A DNA stretch of 64,000 nucleotides. Source: Chiloscyllium plagiosum (Eukaryota). Location of the stretch: contig NC_057758.1 in NCBI RefSeq assembly GCF_004010195.1, forward strand, positions 1,815,542 to 1,879,541, written 5' to 3'. The translations under genes and the position numbers were made by a program. The stretch's first letter is position 1; each line of letters begins with the position of its first letter. Below, piece by piece: positions 25,405 to 38,789 of this stretch. The notes beneath the pieces are model-generated. The model did no database searches, was not told the origin of the DNA, and saw nothing but the letters and a program-made list of their open reading frames with translations.

Positions 25405-25950
25405 TAGTGTCATAGAGTCATGGAGATACACAGCATAAAAATAGACACTTCGGTTAAACTTGTCCATGCCGACCAGATATCCCAAACCAATGTAGCCCCA
25501 CCTGTCAGCACGTGACCCATATTTCTCCAAGCCTTTCCTATTCACATACCCATCTAGATGTCTTTTTAAAAAGCTGTAATCGTACTCACCTCCACCACTT
25601 CCTCTTGCAACTCGTTCCATGTATGTACCACCCTCTGCTTGAAAAAGCTGCCCCTTTTATATCTTTCACCTCTCACCCTAAACCTATAGCCTTTAGTGCT
25701 CGACTCACCCACCGCAGGGAAAAGACCTTGTCGATTTATCCTATCCATGCCTTTAATGATTTTATAAAGCACTATAAGGTAACTCCTCAGCCTCCGATGC
25801 TCAGGGAAAATAGCCCTAGCCTAGTCAACCTCTCCCTATAGCTCAAACCCTCCAAGCCTGATTACTTCATTGTAAATCCTTCTGAACCCTTTCAAGTTTC
25901 ACAAGATCTTTCCGATAGAAAGGGGACCGGAATTGCACGCAATATTACAA
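25405..25950 (-). mobile_element. CR1 LINE 3' end
   Basis: LYKIIKGMDR..FFKQRVVHTWNEL plus 3' UTR. Confidence 0.9.
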
Positions 25951-25984
25951 GAAGATTCCCCAAGCAACTAGGGATAAAGCCACC

Positions 25985-26290
25985 GGTGGCGAGTCAATTC
26001 CAATCTGAGAGTGAGCAAATAGCTCGAATTGGAAAATCACAGAATCTTTCTGAACAGTGATCATCTCCGATGGACGGAATTACAGAAAGAGTGGGAATGG
26101 GATGTAGAGGGATGTGTAAAGATGTATTTGATTCTCTTCCAAAATCGCCAGAAGAGAACATGGAGATGGGAATTACTTACCAGCTAAGTTTAAATTCTTA
26201 GGAGAATATAAGATGAGCATGGATTATTAAAGGTACACTTTGGAATTTTCTTGATTGTGCTTGATGACCTGAACAAACAAGTCATTTCAA
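25985..26290 (+). pseudogene. Decayed V-set relic cut by a SINE
   Basis: QSESEQIARIGKSQNLS; LPAKF..RYTLEFS. Confidence 0.4.
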
Positions 26291-26292
26291 AT

Positions 26293-26640
26293 GGGCAGAA
26301 CGATGATTCAGTGGTTAGCACTGTTGCCTCACATTAACAACGACCTGGGTTTGATCTTGGCCGTGGGCGACCATCTGTGTGGAGTTTGCATGTTCACCCC
26401 GTCTGCATGGGTTTCCGCTGGGTCCTCTGGTTTCTTTCGATAATCCAGAGTTGTGTATTTTAGTTTAATTGGCCATGTTAAAATATCCGTAGTGTTCAGG
26501 GATGTGTAGGTCAGGTTCCTTGGTCAGGGATAAGTGCAAATTAATACGGTAGGGAAATTAGTCTGATTGGCTTATACTTCGGAGAGTTGGCGTCGACTTG
26601 CTGGGCCAAATAGCCTGCTCCTGCACTGTAGAGATACTAT
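26293..26640 (+). mobile_element. Older HE1-like SINE
   Basis: cagtggttagcactgttgcctcac head and V core. Confidence 0.85.
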
Positions 26641-26749
26641 GAGTACGCAACTAATATTGCTGGTCAGATTAAGACACATATTTAGCCGTAGTTAACGTGA
26701 ATGTCGCCACAGTGTGTTGGAATTTTGGCTGGTTTCTACCTCATTCTCT

Positions 26750-27800
26750 GAATGTCGCTGCAGATAAGAGAAATGTGGTCACGTCAAACAACGTATCTTG
26801 CACTCATACTCCCCAGCACACCACCCCCTTCCCCCCAATAGTGCTAGGCTGCATCAGCAGTAGGGCCCTGAAGAAGAAAAAGAATGGTCTTCTTCATTCT
26901 GTACTGACGACCATAATGTGCGAGCTGGACAACGGAATATCTTCATATTCTGTTGTTAATTATCAAACATGGACACACAAACAAAGGGTTGGTTCCAACT
27001 CGGATCTGTTGAACAGACAGTTCATTCTTTGAGAACAGTAATAATCAGAATCAATGGCTGTGTCAGTCTGCTGGTGGTGTGAAATAAATAAATAAATGTG
27101 AAATGGATCTGAGAGAATCCGGTTGTGTCTTGCAACCTTAAACAAACGTTTTCATTGCATCTGCTTCCACTGTCTTTCCAAGCATCACATCAGGCGAAAA
27201 CATTTATTTCTGCTCCTAGTTCAGGAACGTGAACTTGCGTCGATAGAAGATTATTTTTGATGGTACAGACTCGATTGGTTAAAGGACCTCCTCTGGACTG
27301 TTGATACTAAAATTCTAACTATCAGGAGAATTAAAGGGCGGCACGGTAGCACAGTGGTCAGCACTGCTGCTTCACAGCGCCAGAGACCCGAGTTCAATTC
27401 CCGCCTCAGGCGACTCTCTGTGTGGAGTTTGCACATTCTCCCCGTGTCTGCGTGGGTTTCCTCCGGGTGCTCCGGTTTCCTCCCACAATCCAAAAATGTG
27501 CAGGGGTTAGGTGAATTGGCCATGCTAAATTGCCCGTAGTGTTAGGTGAAGGGGTAAATGTAGGAGAATGGGTCTGGGTGGGTTACGCTTCGGCGGGTCA
27601 GTGTGGACTTGTTGGGCCGAAGGGCCTGTTTCCACACTGCAAGTAATCTAATCTCCCGCCGATCCGGGACTCCAACTATCATCACTGTTTCTACCAGTTG
27701 TTGAATCTTCAACCTTCAGCAATCTCGGAAAGTGAACTATTTGCAGGTGCATTGTGCAGTTCTTCCTTGGGCCTGCATAACTGATAGTTTGACCATAATA
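26750..27800 (-). pseudogene. V(J) relic split by SINE/CR1 insertions, plus downstream exon (26750-26867)
   Basis: N-half SVMQAQGRTAQCTC and NW*KQ (27655-27800); C-half AIDSDYYC (Cys 27035-27037) and IRVGTNPLFV (26975-27130). Confidence 0.55.
27336..27654 (+). mobile_element. Young full-length HE1-like V-SINE
   Basis: gggcggcacggt...A/B-box head, V core, tail gtaatctaatct. Confidence 0.95.
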
Positions 27801-28109
27801 CTTTTTTTTTCAGATTCCTGCTTCCTTTACTGCTTGGTGACATTTGCGTACACAACTTAATTGTGACCTTTATTACAGTGAGCAGTTCACACTGCTGGTC
27901 AATAATTGAATAATCATGGATTCGTTTTATAAAATTAAAGAACTTCTATAGTGTGGAAGCAGGCCATCGAGTACAGACCAACCATCCAAAGAGCAGTGCA
28001 CCCAAACCCAAGCCTACCTCGTTGCCCTGCATTCCCCATGACTAATACACCCATCCTGCAGTTCCCTGGACACTATGGGTAATTTATCATGACCAATCCA
28101 TCAACAGGC

Positions 28110-29210
28110 ACATCTTCGCTCTGTTGGACAAATTATCCTTGGAAATGAGCGGAAGATTTGCGAAGTCAGAATATATTGGTCTAGTATTAAATATAACATT
28201 CACACCAAACGTCCCTCTGGAGAACGTAAACGAAAGTACAAAATCTAGGAAAGTGGACTGTGAAATTCTTGAGCAGATTGGTGCAAGGTGCAGGGAGGTA
28301 ATGGTGATTTTGGCAGATTTACAGTTGGCCAAATCTCCAGGTCTGGACGAATTTTATCGCCGGCTCTTAAAATGCTCTGGTCTCAGCTGAGATGCTGGAG
28401 GACTAAAGGAAAGTTGGTATGCTGCTATTTTGTCGAAGGAGGTACAGGTTGACCAGTCAATTATAGGTCAGTGTGTTTAATATCAATGGCAAGGCAACGA
28501 ATGAAGCAACTGGAGAAGAAGCGAAATCCTTGCATCTGTTCGTGGATAGTCAGCATGTCTTTTCCAGATGGATGCGAGTTTTATCAAAAGAGGTTGTTTT
28601 TTTTTGAGAAAGGGGATAAGTGTGTAGATGAGGCTCGTGTAGTTGATGTAGTCTATATTGATTTCAGTAAAGCCGCTGACAGGGTCCCAATTTGGAAACC
28701 GAGAAGGAAGGTCAATACTCCTGGGATCCACTGGATGTGGAAATTTGGTTTCATGACAACAGATGGTTAAATACTGTTCTTGTGATTGCTGCTCAGTGTA
28801 CCGTGGAGTACCACAAAGATCAATGCTGGCTCCTTATTATTTTCATAAATGGTGTAGATGGGAATGTTACGGTGTTCAGTAAATTTGCGGAAGATACAGA
28901 ATGTAGTTGGGTAGTTGACGATGAGGACAAACGTTTTTAGGTATCGGGTAGATTTAAATGGGTATATGGAATTCAACCATAATTATTGTGAGTTGATGCA
29001 CTTTGGAAAATGGAACAAGACAAGGGGAATACAGAATTTATGTCAGCTGACTAGGAAGGTCAGAGGTACATGGTAAATCATTTGAATTATCGTCATATTG
29101 AAGGCAGTGGGAATAGTGCGGTAAATCTGAACGATTGTTGATTGTAGTGTATTTTTTGAGGTACAGACTCGGTTGGTTAATATGACTCATATGTACTTTA
29201 TGGTGTTATG
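28110..29210 (+). mobile_element. Decayed CR1 RT
   Basis: KSPGLDEFYRRLLK, VDVVYIDFSKA, SKFAEDT. Confidence 0.85.
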
Positions 29211-29420
29211 ACGTGGCTCAAAGCTGTATGAGAGATTATCATCATGTTGTCATCCCAATTATTACACGCTCAACCACAAAAATTTAAGTAGATTTGTGTG
29301 AAATTAATGGATCATACAAACCAGTGTGACAGCCTTGAGCAAGATATGAAAAATGAACTGACTGTGGACCAACAGCTCCATGTCTGCCTTTGGCAAAAAT
29401 ATCTATTATTACTTCAACAG

Positions 29421-29770
29421 ACGGGATGTTTTGCCCACAGCCACGGCTACATCCTGAAGTCACCTTGAGTGAATGGAATTCTCTGAAAACCAATGTCTGA
29501 AATGTTGTGTAACACTTGAGGAAGGTGAGATGGAACATCCGCACAGTACTTCTGCTTGAGAATGTCTTTATTAACGTTTCAGCGTTGTATATGTCTCTGA
29601 CTGCCTCAACTCCCGCATCATTCAGTCTAGCGAGATATGTGAAGTCTCCTCCTCTATAAGTTCCTAATCTCAACAACACCACCAAATCTGGACAGACTCC
29701 ACAGTTTTCATTTGACCCACAGTTGTGAAATCACAGCGTTTTGACGATCATTTGCTCCTTCTGTTGTTGA
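29421..29770 (+). pseudogene. Decayed V-set relic (TCR-V-like A-B strands)
   Basis: Acceptor ttcaacag; PQPRLHPEVTLSEWNSLKTN, KVRW, TDSTVFI*. Confidence 0.5.
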
Positions 29771-30182
29771 TCCTTCATCATGGTCTATAGAGGTCTATCA
29801 TTTTAGATGCATTTTTGCTGCCCGTGAAACTTCCACGTGCATTTTTCATTGAACAATGTTGCAAACAATGGCTTGAGTATAAGGGTCGTGTCAGGGATAC
29901 ATCAGGAACGTGATGTTACGCATTATGTTTGAAAGTTTTCTGTTGCTGCAGATAGAATGCGTTGTTGTCCAAAATTGAGCTGCTAGAGTTTCCCTGAAAC
30001 TATGTGGCTTGGGGTGATGGCAGGGCCAAACGGTATGATGACTGCATCCTGTTGTAAACACGAGATTTCAGCTTCGCCAGTGTCTCCAGGCGAGAATGTT
30101 CACCATTGCGTTTGCTAGCAGGGGTAGGGTGGCATTGCCGAGGTCAAATAAGTCTCTTCCTTTTGCTGGTACTCAGCCCAAC

Positions 30183-30872
30183 ATGGCACAGGCAACGACT
30201 CTCCTTTAGGCCTCAGCCAGCTCTTGTCAAATCACTACAGTCTCGTTAGTGCACAACGTTGTCCCTTTAACCTAACACATTCTGTGCCCTTGCAAAACCT
30301 CAGCATTTACTCGGACTGATGTTTGCCAAGGAGGAGGTTAGATTTCACGGTTAAGGGAGATGTACAGAGGGTATTCTGTCGTGTTTGCACTGATTACAGA
30401 AAAGTCCCAGGGATGGCATTGCCTGAGGTTGATGCATTAGGTGCAATATATGATTCCATGGCAAAGATTATTTGTAGCTATTACGAGCTGAAAATTTCTG
30501 AAGTTTGCCCTGTATCACTCTTAGAAAGACACATCGATTCGACCTAGAAAGTAGGCAGGCGGCATGTGCTATGCAAAGCAGTATGTTTGATTCGCATGTT
30601 TATGAAAATAATGTTCAAGGGGAGAGGAGCTGCACTATCTAATAGTGTTTGAATGACAGAAAGTACGATTAACATAACGCATAGCGTCGAAACAACTAGT
30701 CAGGGAGGCAGGTTCCTCGTTGTGACGCACATTACTTGGTGCAGCAACGGCCACGATCCTAATAATGCAGTCTACCCAATCCCTCGCTGCTGTTTCAACT
30801 GATCCATGTACATTTTCCTCAATTTTCCTCCTGAAGCTGATCATTAATGCTGGTTCTCGAAAGGAATAGCAT
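30183..30872 (+). pseudogene. Leader-V(J)-TM-like gene relic
   Basis: MAQATTLL*; MFAKEE..RCTEGILSCLH*LQKSPRDGIA* (TGA at 30391 and 30424, where V Trps lie); GRGAAL; exon from 30745 ...SIFLLKLII. Confidence 0.55.
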
Positions 30873-31019
30873 AGTAAAGGGGTCATTCATGAGCCTTCAG
30901 TTCACATTCTTGTTTGGCTGGGAACCTACACATCACTTTCAGTGTTCCAGTATGAACCACCCCAGGTACATTGGATTCAGAAATTCTGGCTGGGCTCCAG
31001 GTAATGTTGTGAATTTACG

Positions 31020-31862
31020 TATGAGTAATGATCCCAATTTGAACCATCCAATGTAGAATGGAATAAGAAGGCACACAGTACAGTCTGATCAATCCAAAGT
31101 AGATTGGGAACAGAAGGGTGAGTGAAGCCCCCAGTGTGGCACTTAGGGTCGTGATGAGTATGCTGGATTATCAGTAGTCTCTCCAACATATGCAGAGAAC
31201 AGGGTGGTTTACCCAAGTTGGAAACGAACCAGAAGAGTGGACACTGACTGTACTTTCTCAAAGATGGATTAGAACCTGAAGCCCTCATCGTGTCGCCCAT
31301 TCAACGATACTTGAGAATTAAATTGAAGCAGTCGTTGGTAAAATTGAACATTCCAAACATGACACACGGGTGAAGACTAAGGAAAATGAATTCGGTGTTG
31401 AATCAAATATTAAAGGCAAGAGACTTTTTCTCAAAGAGGTAGGTGCAAAGATGGTATTTAAGGCGGAGAGCGTGGGTGTTATGGTAGCTGAGCGAGGTAT
31501 GCAGCGAAATCACCGCACAGCTGAAGGCAAAGGCACCAATGATGAATTCAGTTCAATCTCGGAATTGTCAGGACATCAGAATTGGAAAAACACGATTATC
31601 AGAAAGGAGTTTTGAACTGGAAGTCATTGCAAAGGCAGATAGTAGAAATAAACGTTAATCACACAGCTTGGCATTGAATACTGTACAAGCGTGATGGGCT
31701 GAAGGGCCTCATCCTCTCCCTATTACTGTTCTCATCTAAAGTGCACACAGAGATGTACTCACGTACGTCAAGGTCCCTTGCATTGATTTCTTCATCAGCA
31801 ATGATGGGCTGCAACAACACTTGGGGCAGACACCCAAGTAGAAAAGGCAACATCTTCCTCAT
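31020..31862 (-). pseudogene. Leader-like exon (31763-31862) plus V relic (about 31020-31309)
   Basis: MRKMLPFLLGCLP...|gtgagt; open frame GDTMRASGS..LFWFVSNLGKPP..FTHPSVPNLLWIDQTVLCA. Confidence 0.5.
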
Positions 31863-31883
31863 TTAATTATCTTCTCCTCGCAG

Positions 31884-32200
31884 GTACAGAGATGTTTTGG
31901 AGCACAGAAGATCATTATAAACACGCAGGGTCATCTCTAGTTAATAATTTTTCAGGTGATTTATCCCACTTTGGACGCTTGAAAGGACAGTTCCATCAGC
32001 ATGAGCAGCTAGAACAGGGAACAAAGACTGAATGCATCTTTAATTAATTCAGGCCCAATCGACATCGTTTGTTTTTATTTAGGGCAATGTGATTTCATTT
32101 TGAATGAAGCACAAGCTAAATTATCTGCAAATGCGGATTGAAGAATGATGTTCAAATTTGATTCAGCAAGCGTTGTAAAAATACTTGAACAGTTTATCTA
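31884..32200 (+). pseudogene. Decayed V-set relic
   Basis: Acceptor ctcctcgcag, phase 1; HAGSSLVNNFS, FHQHEQLEQGTKTECI, YLQM, DSAS. Confidence 0.45.
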
Positions 32201-32339
32201 TTCTGCCCCACCAGTCCCTGCAAGCCTTTTGTGACAGCTTTTCAATGCTGATGATGCACAGAATGCTGAAATATTGGTGTTCTCCTCTCTGGAACCCGCA
32301 GAGTCTCAGCCAAAAAAGAGGTTCAAGACAGAGATCGGT

Positions 32340-32850
32340 CGCGTACAGTCCTGGTTATCACATTATAGGAAGGATGTGGTAGCATTAGAAAGGGGGCAGA
32401 GAAAATTTATTAGAATGTTGCCTGGTTTGGAGGGAAGGTCTTATGAGGAAAGGCTTAGGGACCTGAGGCCGTCTTTGTTACAGAGAAGAAGGTTGGGAGG
32501 TGACTTAAAAGAGCCATCAGAGATTCATCAGAGATTTAGATAGGGTGGACAGTGAGGTCATTTTACCCCTGATGAGGATGGCTAGCACGAGGGACATAGG
32601 TTAAATTGAAGGGTGATAGATATAGGACAGATGTCAGAGGTATTTTATTTACTCCGAGTAGTAGGGGCGTGGAAGCATATCGTGCATCTTTAGTAAACTC
32701 GCCATTTTTAAGGGCATTTTAAATCGTCATTCGATAAATATAGATGAAAATGAAATAGTGATGGTAGAGAGGCTTCAGGTTGGTTCTACAGGTCGGTTCA
32801 GCGCACGGTGCTGAATGACATGCATCTCACTGTAATGGTCCATGTCTATC
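32340..32850 (+). mobile_element. CR1 3' end
   Basis: HYRKDVVALERGQRKFIRMLPG. Confidence 0.9.
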
Positions 32851-33974
32851 AATCAATATATTCATGACGTAGAAATGAAGAAATGTCGTGTTCAGCTCGA
32901 AGATCAGCCATGATCTAGAATGCCGGGGCCTGCACAAGTGCTGAATGGCTTTCACTAGCTGTTATCTTTAAAGTTCTGAAATGCGTTGACAGAGAGAGGC
33001 GTCATATCTCCCAAAGCTGCGAGCCTGATTTTTTTAAAGAAAAGACTGGGGTACTCCTTTGGTGTGTGTTCTGAATTCCAGCTGCTCATGCTGAATGAAC
33101 GGTCCCTTTAACCATCCTATGTTGGACCTTTAGTCTCCTTTAGTGCCATCTTCCAACCCCATCATCACCACGATCTCGAGTACAAGGGCAGCATACACAG
33201 GCGATAAAAATTGTTTTTTTTTTGTTCAGTTTTTGATTTGACATCATTAGAAATGTCGGAATATCTTCCCTAAATGGTCATTGAGTACGTACCACAAAAG
33301 GACTGCAAAGGTACAAGAGTGTGGTTCACCGCGTCTATAAAGAGGAGATATTGGTCAATTTTATTTCCTTCCATCTTGGGACGTGTTTACTCATGGCTGC
33401 GTGCAGAATTTATTTATGAACCTTAATTTCCCCTCGAGAAGATGGTTCTGAACTGATTTCATGAACCACTACAGTCTACTTGCAACACAAAAACCCACAC
33501 TAGACATCTGGGCTTGCCACAGGATTTGGACCTCGCCACAATTGAAGGAACGGCGATAATTTTCCAAGTCAAGACGGCAAAGGAACCTTCACGGGCAGGT
33601 GTACTTATGTATGGTCTTCTCTTGTCTCTCTAGGTCGGCGTTTTCTTTTTTTGGAAGATACTCTCTGATTTGGCAAATTTATGCAATGCCTCTCTTAAGT
33701 GGTGCACACTGTTAATGAGCATCTGTGGTTTACGGAATGCATGTTTGCTGGTAAGTATCAAAACAAGCAGGCTTCTTTCTCCTGAAAAGAGCCAAGATTC
33801 TTGTAGCATTGTCGGAGCTGCACTCATCCACGCAATCGTGGAATACTCCATGACACTCCTGACTTGCACCTTATTGACAGTGAATCGATTTGAGAAACAA
33901 GGAGATGTGTTTATTGTTTCTGTACTCCCATCTTCTGATCTGCTGTTCCATTTATTTGGTGAGTCTAATTTAGT

Positions 33975-34890
33975 TTCTGAGCTGAAAATGTGTTGCTGGA
34001 AAAGCGCAGCAGGTCAGGCAGCATCCAAGGAACAGGAGAATCGACGTTTCGGGCATAAGCCCTTCTTCAGGAATGAGGAAAGTGTGCCAAGCAGGCAAAG
34101 ATAAAAGGTAGGGAGGAGGGACTTGGAGGAGGGGCGTTGGAAATGNNNNNNNNNNNNNNNNNNNNNNNNNNNNNNNNNNNNNNNNNNNNNNNNNNNNNNN
34201 NNNNNNNNNNNNNNNNNNNNNNNNNNNNNNNNNNNNNNNNNNNNNNNNNNNNNNNNNNNNNNNNNNNNNNNNNNNNNNNNNNNNNNNNNNNNNNNNNNNN
34301 NNNNNNNNNNNNNNNNNNNNNNNNNNNNNNNNNNNNNNNNNNNNNNNNNNNNNNNNNNNNNNNNNNNNNNNNNNNNNNNNNNNNNNNNNNNNNNNNNNNN
34401 NNNNNNNNNNNNNNNNNNNNNNNNNNNNNNNNNNNNNNNNNNNNNNNNNNNNNNNNNNNNNNNNNNNNNNNNNNNNNNNNNNNNNNNNNNNNNNNNNNNN
34501 NNNNNNNNNNNNTGGACCTGACGAGGGAGTCACGGAGGGAGTGGTCTTTTCGGAACGCTGATAGGGGAGGGGAGAGAAATATATCCCTGGTGGTGGGGTC
34601 CGTTTGGAGGTGGCGGAAATGACGGCGGATGATCCGCTGTACATGGAGGTTGGTGGGGTGGTAGGTGAGGACCAGTGGGTTCTGACCTTGTGGCGGTTGG
34701 AGGGGCGGGGCTCAAGGGCGGAGGAGCGGGAAGTGGAAGAGATGCGGTGGAGGGCATCGTCGACCACTTCTGGGGGGAAATTGCGGTCCTTGAAGATGGA
34801 GGCCATCTGTGTGTTGTACGGATTTGGAACTGGTCCTCCTGGGAACAGATGCGGCGGAGATGAAGGAATTGGCAATATGGGATGGCGTGT
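33975..34890 (-). mobile_element. Young Neptune-type PLE across gap 34146-34512; hammerhead motif at 34041-34072
   Basis: FKDRNFPPEVVDDALHRISSTSRSSALEP; minus-strand CTGAAGAAGGGCTTATGCCCGAAACGTC. Confidence 0.85.
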
Positions 34891-37229
34891 TTCGTTTCTG
34901 GTCAATGGAAACCTCAGGATTTTCATGTTAATTGATTTAGTCATGTTAATACTATTGATTGCCAGATATTTCTGGAAATGCTCATTGCCTGGCATTTATG
35001 TGGCGCAAGTGATACTTGCCCTTTGTTATTCCAATCGTGGATATTTCATGCGTCATTGTACTTCAGTATCTGAGGAACCATGAATGGTGCTTTGCATTGT
35101 GCAATCATCAGCGAACATCCGCACTTGTGACATTATGAAATGTAAGCGAGAAAATCAGTCGATTTGCCCATCGATATCTGTGTTAATATAAGTTTGCCAT
35201 ATATTCCACATACCTCTCTTCTTTGCTCTTCATACATTTGTCTGAATGGCTCATAGGCATTGATATTGTATCTTCTGTTACACCAACTTGACATGCCTGG
35301 CTTAAAGATTGACGTGGGAGAAAGGGATTTGAATTCATGGGGCATTGGCACCATTACTGAAATAAAGGACCTGCTCCAATGAGACTGTGTTTATCTGAAT
35401 CATGCTGAGGCAAGATTCCTAGCGAATTGCATATTACGGGCTTTAGACAGAGCTACCAACGGAGCAATGGTAGGATGGTTCAGTTGTACGAGCGATTAGA
35501 AAGCATAAATTAAAGGAGTAGGTAAGGGTGCAGGTTTGCGATAGTTGTATAGTTTTCAGACACTAACGATGATGGACAGTACACGTGAATGTCTTTATCC
35601 AACAAGGAATTATAAAAGAGTAGGGAAAGTTTCCAGTAGAATACATTTAAAAGTGTTGTACTTAAATGCACGAAGTATTTGAAACAATGTTGATGGCACA
35701 AATTGAAACAAAAGAATATGTTCTTTAATGATTAGCGAATCATTGTTCAGGGGGACCAGTTCTATAAGCTAAATATCCAGGTATACTAAGAAATTTGAAA
35801 AAAGTGGATTAAAATAAAAGAATAAGAGTGTTTTAGCTTTTCTGGTGCAGGAAATGATGCTTGCTTTGATGAAAAATGAAATAAGCACTGAAGATCAGGA
35901 TGTGGGATCAGTTTGGGTAGAAATAAGAAAGAGCAGAAGGAAGAAGTAATTGTTAGGAGTAATGTATTGGTCACCAAACACTAGTTCCGCTTTGGGCACA
36001 GTATAAGACAGGAGCTTGCACGAAAGTTATTAATCCTGATTGATGTTAACATGATGTAGATTGGGCGGATCAAATTGGCAAGGGAAACATGAAGGCAGAG
36101 TTATTTGAATGCATCAGAGATTGTATCTTAGAACTATATAACGTGAAAACTACCAGGGATCAGACTGCTTTGAATTGGAAATTGCCTAACGAGGAGAGAT
36201 TATGTGATGATCACAGTTAAGGATTTTCATGAGATGAGTGGCCATAGTATGCCAGAATTCAAAATTCAATCTGGGTGCGAGAAAGTGAACTTGCAAACTC
36301 GCGTTCCATAATTAAATGAAGAAAATTGCAAAGGCAGGCGGATAGATGTCAGCCGAGTCGATTGGGCTGGAAAGCTAAAACTAATAAGAGAACAGATGAG
36401 CAGTGGCAATTTCTAAGGAGCTACTCAATTCCTCGCAACTAAAATATTTCCCAGTGAAGAAGTAAGTTTGTAGGGGAGGTTAAAATAAAAAGTGGTTAAA
36501 CAAGGATATCAAGGAAAATATAAAGTCGAAAATGAATGTGCACCATACTGAAAAGGCCAGTAACAGACTGGAGCATTGGGAAAAGTTCAAACATAAACAA
36601 AGGGATACTATGCAATAAATAAAAGAACGAAGGCAAACTGCGAAAGAAAACTAGGGCAAAATATGAAAAAAAGCAAATACTCCTATACGTATATAAAAGG
36701 AAAATAGTTGCTAAGGTGAATGTTGGTCTCTTCGAAGATGAAAATTAAGAGATTTTTTTGGGAACAGAACTGGCAAAGGACAAGTCAGAACCAAAAGTAT
36801 GGGCGAGAGAGATAGAGGATCCATTGGTCACAATATTCAAAAGTTACCTGGACATAGAAAGGACCTGTGGATTGCAAAAATGTTGTTGTTACGCCCGTAT
36901 TCAAAAACAAAGGGAGGCAATTTGTAGGAATATTAGAGGTTTGCAAGAAAGGTACAGCAATAATCATAAGTCACGACTGAGTTTAGCATCTCTTGTTGTG
37001 AATGTGTTTGAATCAATTATCAAGAAAGCAATTTCAGGACATTTGGAATGTCTGAACGCTATCCATGAGAGTCACATCGCTGTATAAAGGACAATTCATG
37101 ATTGCCTAATTTGCTAGAGATTATCGAAAATGTAAAAAGAATCCTGGAGATGAAATATATCTGGATTTCTGGAAAACATTCGAAAACGTGCATTCACAAG
37201 GTTGGATCATATAGGATTGGGGACAATTT

Positions 37230-37546
37230 ATTAGATTACTTACAGTGTGGAAACAGGCCCTTCGGCCCAACAGGTCCACACTGACCCGCCAAAGCGTAAC
37301 CCACCCAGACCCATTCTCCTACATTTACTTCTTCATCTAACACTACGGGCAATTTAGCATGGCCAATTCACTTAACCTGCACATTTTTCGGATTGTGGGA
37401 GGAAACCGGAGCACCCGGAGGAAACCCATGCAGACACGGGGAGAATGTGGAAACTCCACACAGAGAGTTGTCTGAGGTGGGAATTGAACGCGGGTCTCCG
37501 GCGCTGTGAGGCAGCAGTGCTAACCACTGTGCCACTGTGCCGCCCA
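37230..37546 (-). mobile_element. HE1-like SINE
   Basis: Reverse complement of the 27336-27654 family. Confidence 0.95.
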
Positions 37547-38187
37547 CTTGGAGAGGTCACTGGTTAATGGATGGAAGACAGAGAGTCTGGATAAATGAGA
37601 TTCGTTTTCTGGAAGGAAAGTTGCCACAATTGAGGTGCCACAGTTTTCAGTCATTTGACACCAGATATTGTCAATCTGTTTTTTACAGATACAGGGATAT
37701 ATTCTCTATAGCCAAATCTTTTGACGACACAATATAGGTGGGAGGATAAATTACAATGATGAAATAAGAAAATTACAAATGGATATTGACAGATTAGGAG
37801 AGTGGGTGAAAACGTGGCAGCTCGAGTTTAACATGGCTAAGTGTAAGGTTCCGGGAGGAGGCCTATTACCTAACTGAGAAGAGACTTCAAGGTGCTCTGG
37901 TGCAAAGGGATCTGGGTGTCTTCTTTCAACAGTCGCAGAAAGGTTCCATACAGGTATAGGAGACAATAAAACTTACGAATGGAAGTTTGGTAAAATACAA
38001 AGGCAATGAAGTTTTGATGCAACTATAAAGGAGTTGGGGAGATCGCACCGGGAGTACTATGTTCAATTTCGGCCCACTCATTTGAAGAAAGGTTGGGTTA
38101 TATTGGAGGATGTTCAGAGGAGCGTTTCGAGATCAACCCCAGAGATGACTGGTTAGTCGTCTGCAAAGAAATTGAAGAATTCAAGCC

Positions 38188-38480
38188 TTTAGATTAGGTT
38201 ACTTGCAGTGTGGAAACAGGCCCTTCGGCCCTCCGAAACACAACCCACCTAGACCCATTCTACCTGCATTTACCCCTTCACCTAACACTACGGACAATTT
38301 AGCATGGCCAATTCACCTAACCTGTGCATCTTTGGACAGTGGGAGGAAACCGGAGCACCCAGAAGAAACCCACGCAGATACGGGGAGAATGTGCAAATTC
38401 TACACAGACAGCTGCCCGAGGCGGGAATTGAACCTGGGTATCTAGCGTTGCGAGGCAGCAGTGCTAACCATTGTGCTAGA
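38188..38480 (-). mobile_element. HE1-like SINE
   Basis: Reverse complement of the 27336-27654 family. Confidence 0.9.
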
Positions 38481-38789
38481 GTGCCTTTTCGGGAATTTAG
38501 AAGAATGAGGGGAGATCAAATTGAGGTATTCAGAATGGTAAATTTATGGATAAATTAGACATGGAATGAATGTTTCTCTAGTGTGGCATTATCGAACCAG
38601 AGGTCAGAGTCTTAAGATAAGAGCTTGCAAATTTAAAACAGTGTTGAGGGGGAACGACTTTTCCAAAAGGGTTGTGAATCTGTGTAATTCGCTTCCACAA
38701 AGTCTGGTGGATTCTGGGAGAGCAATACATTTAAGGAGGATTTATACAGATGTTTAATTTGTGACGGGTTGAAGGAGCATATCAGTATC

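Noticed and set aside
27336..27410. tRNA-like heads
   Set aside because: They are SINE 5' regions, not tRNA genes.
29583..29630. NHL-like VYVSDCLNSRII (plus) and L1/Tx1-like NDAGVEAVRDIY (minus ORF 29284-29685)
   Set aside because: Single short matches with no supporting context.
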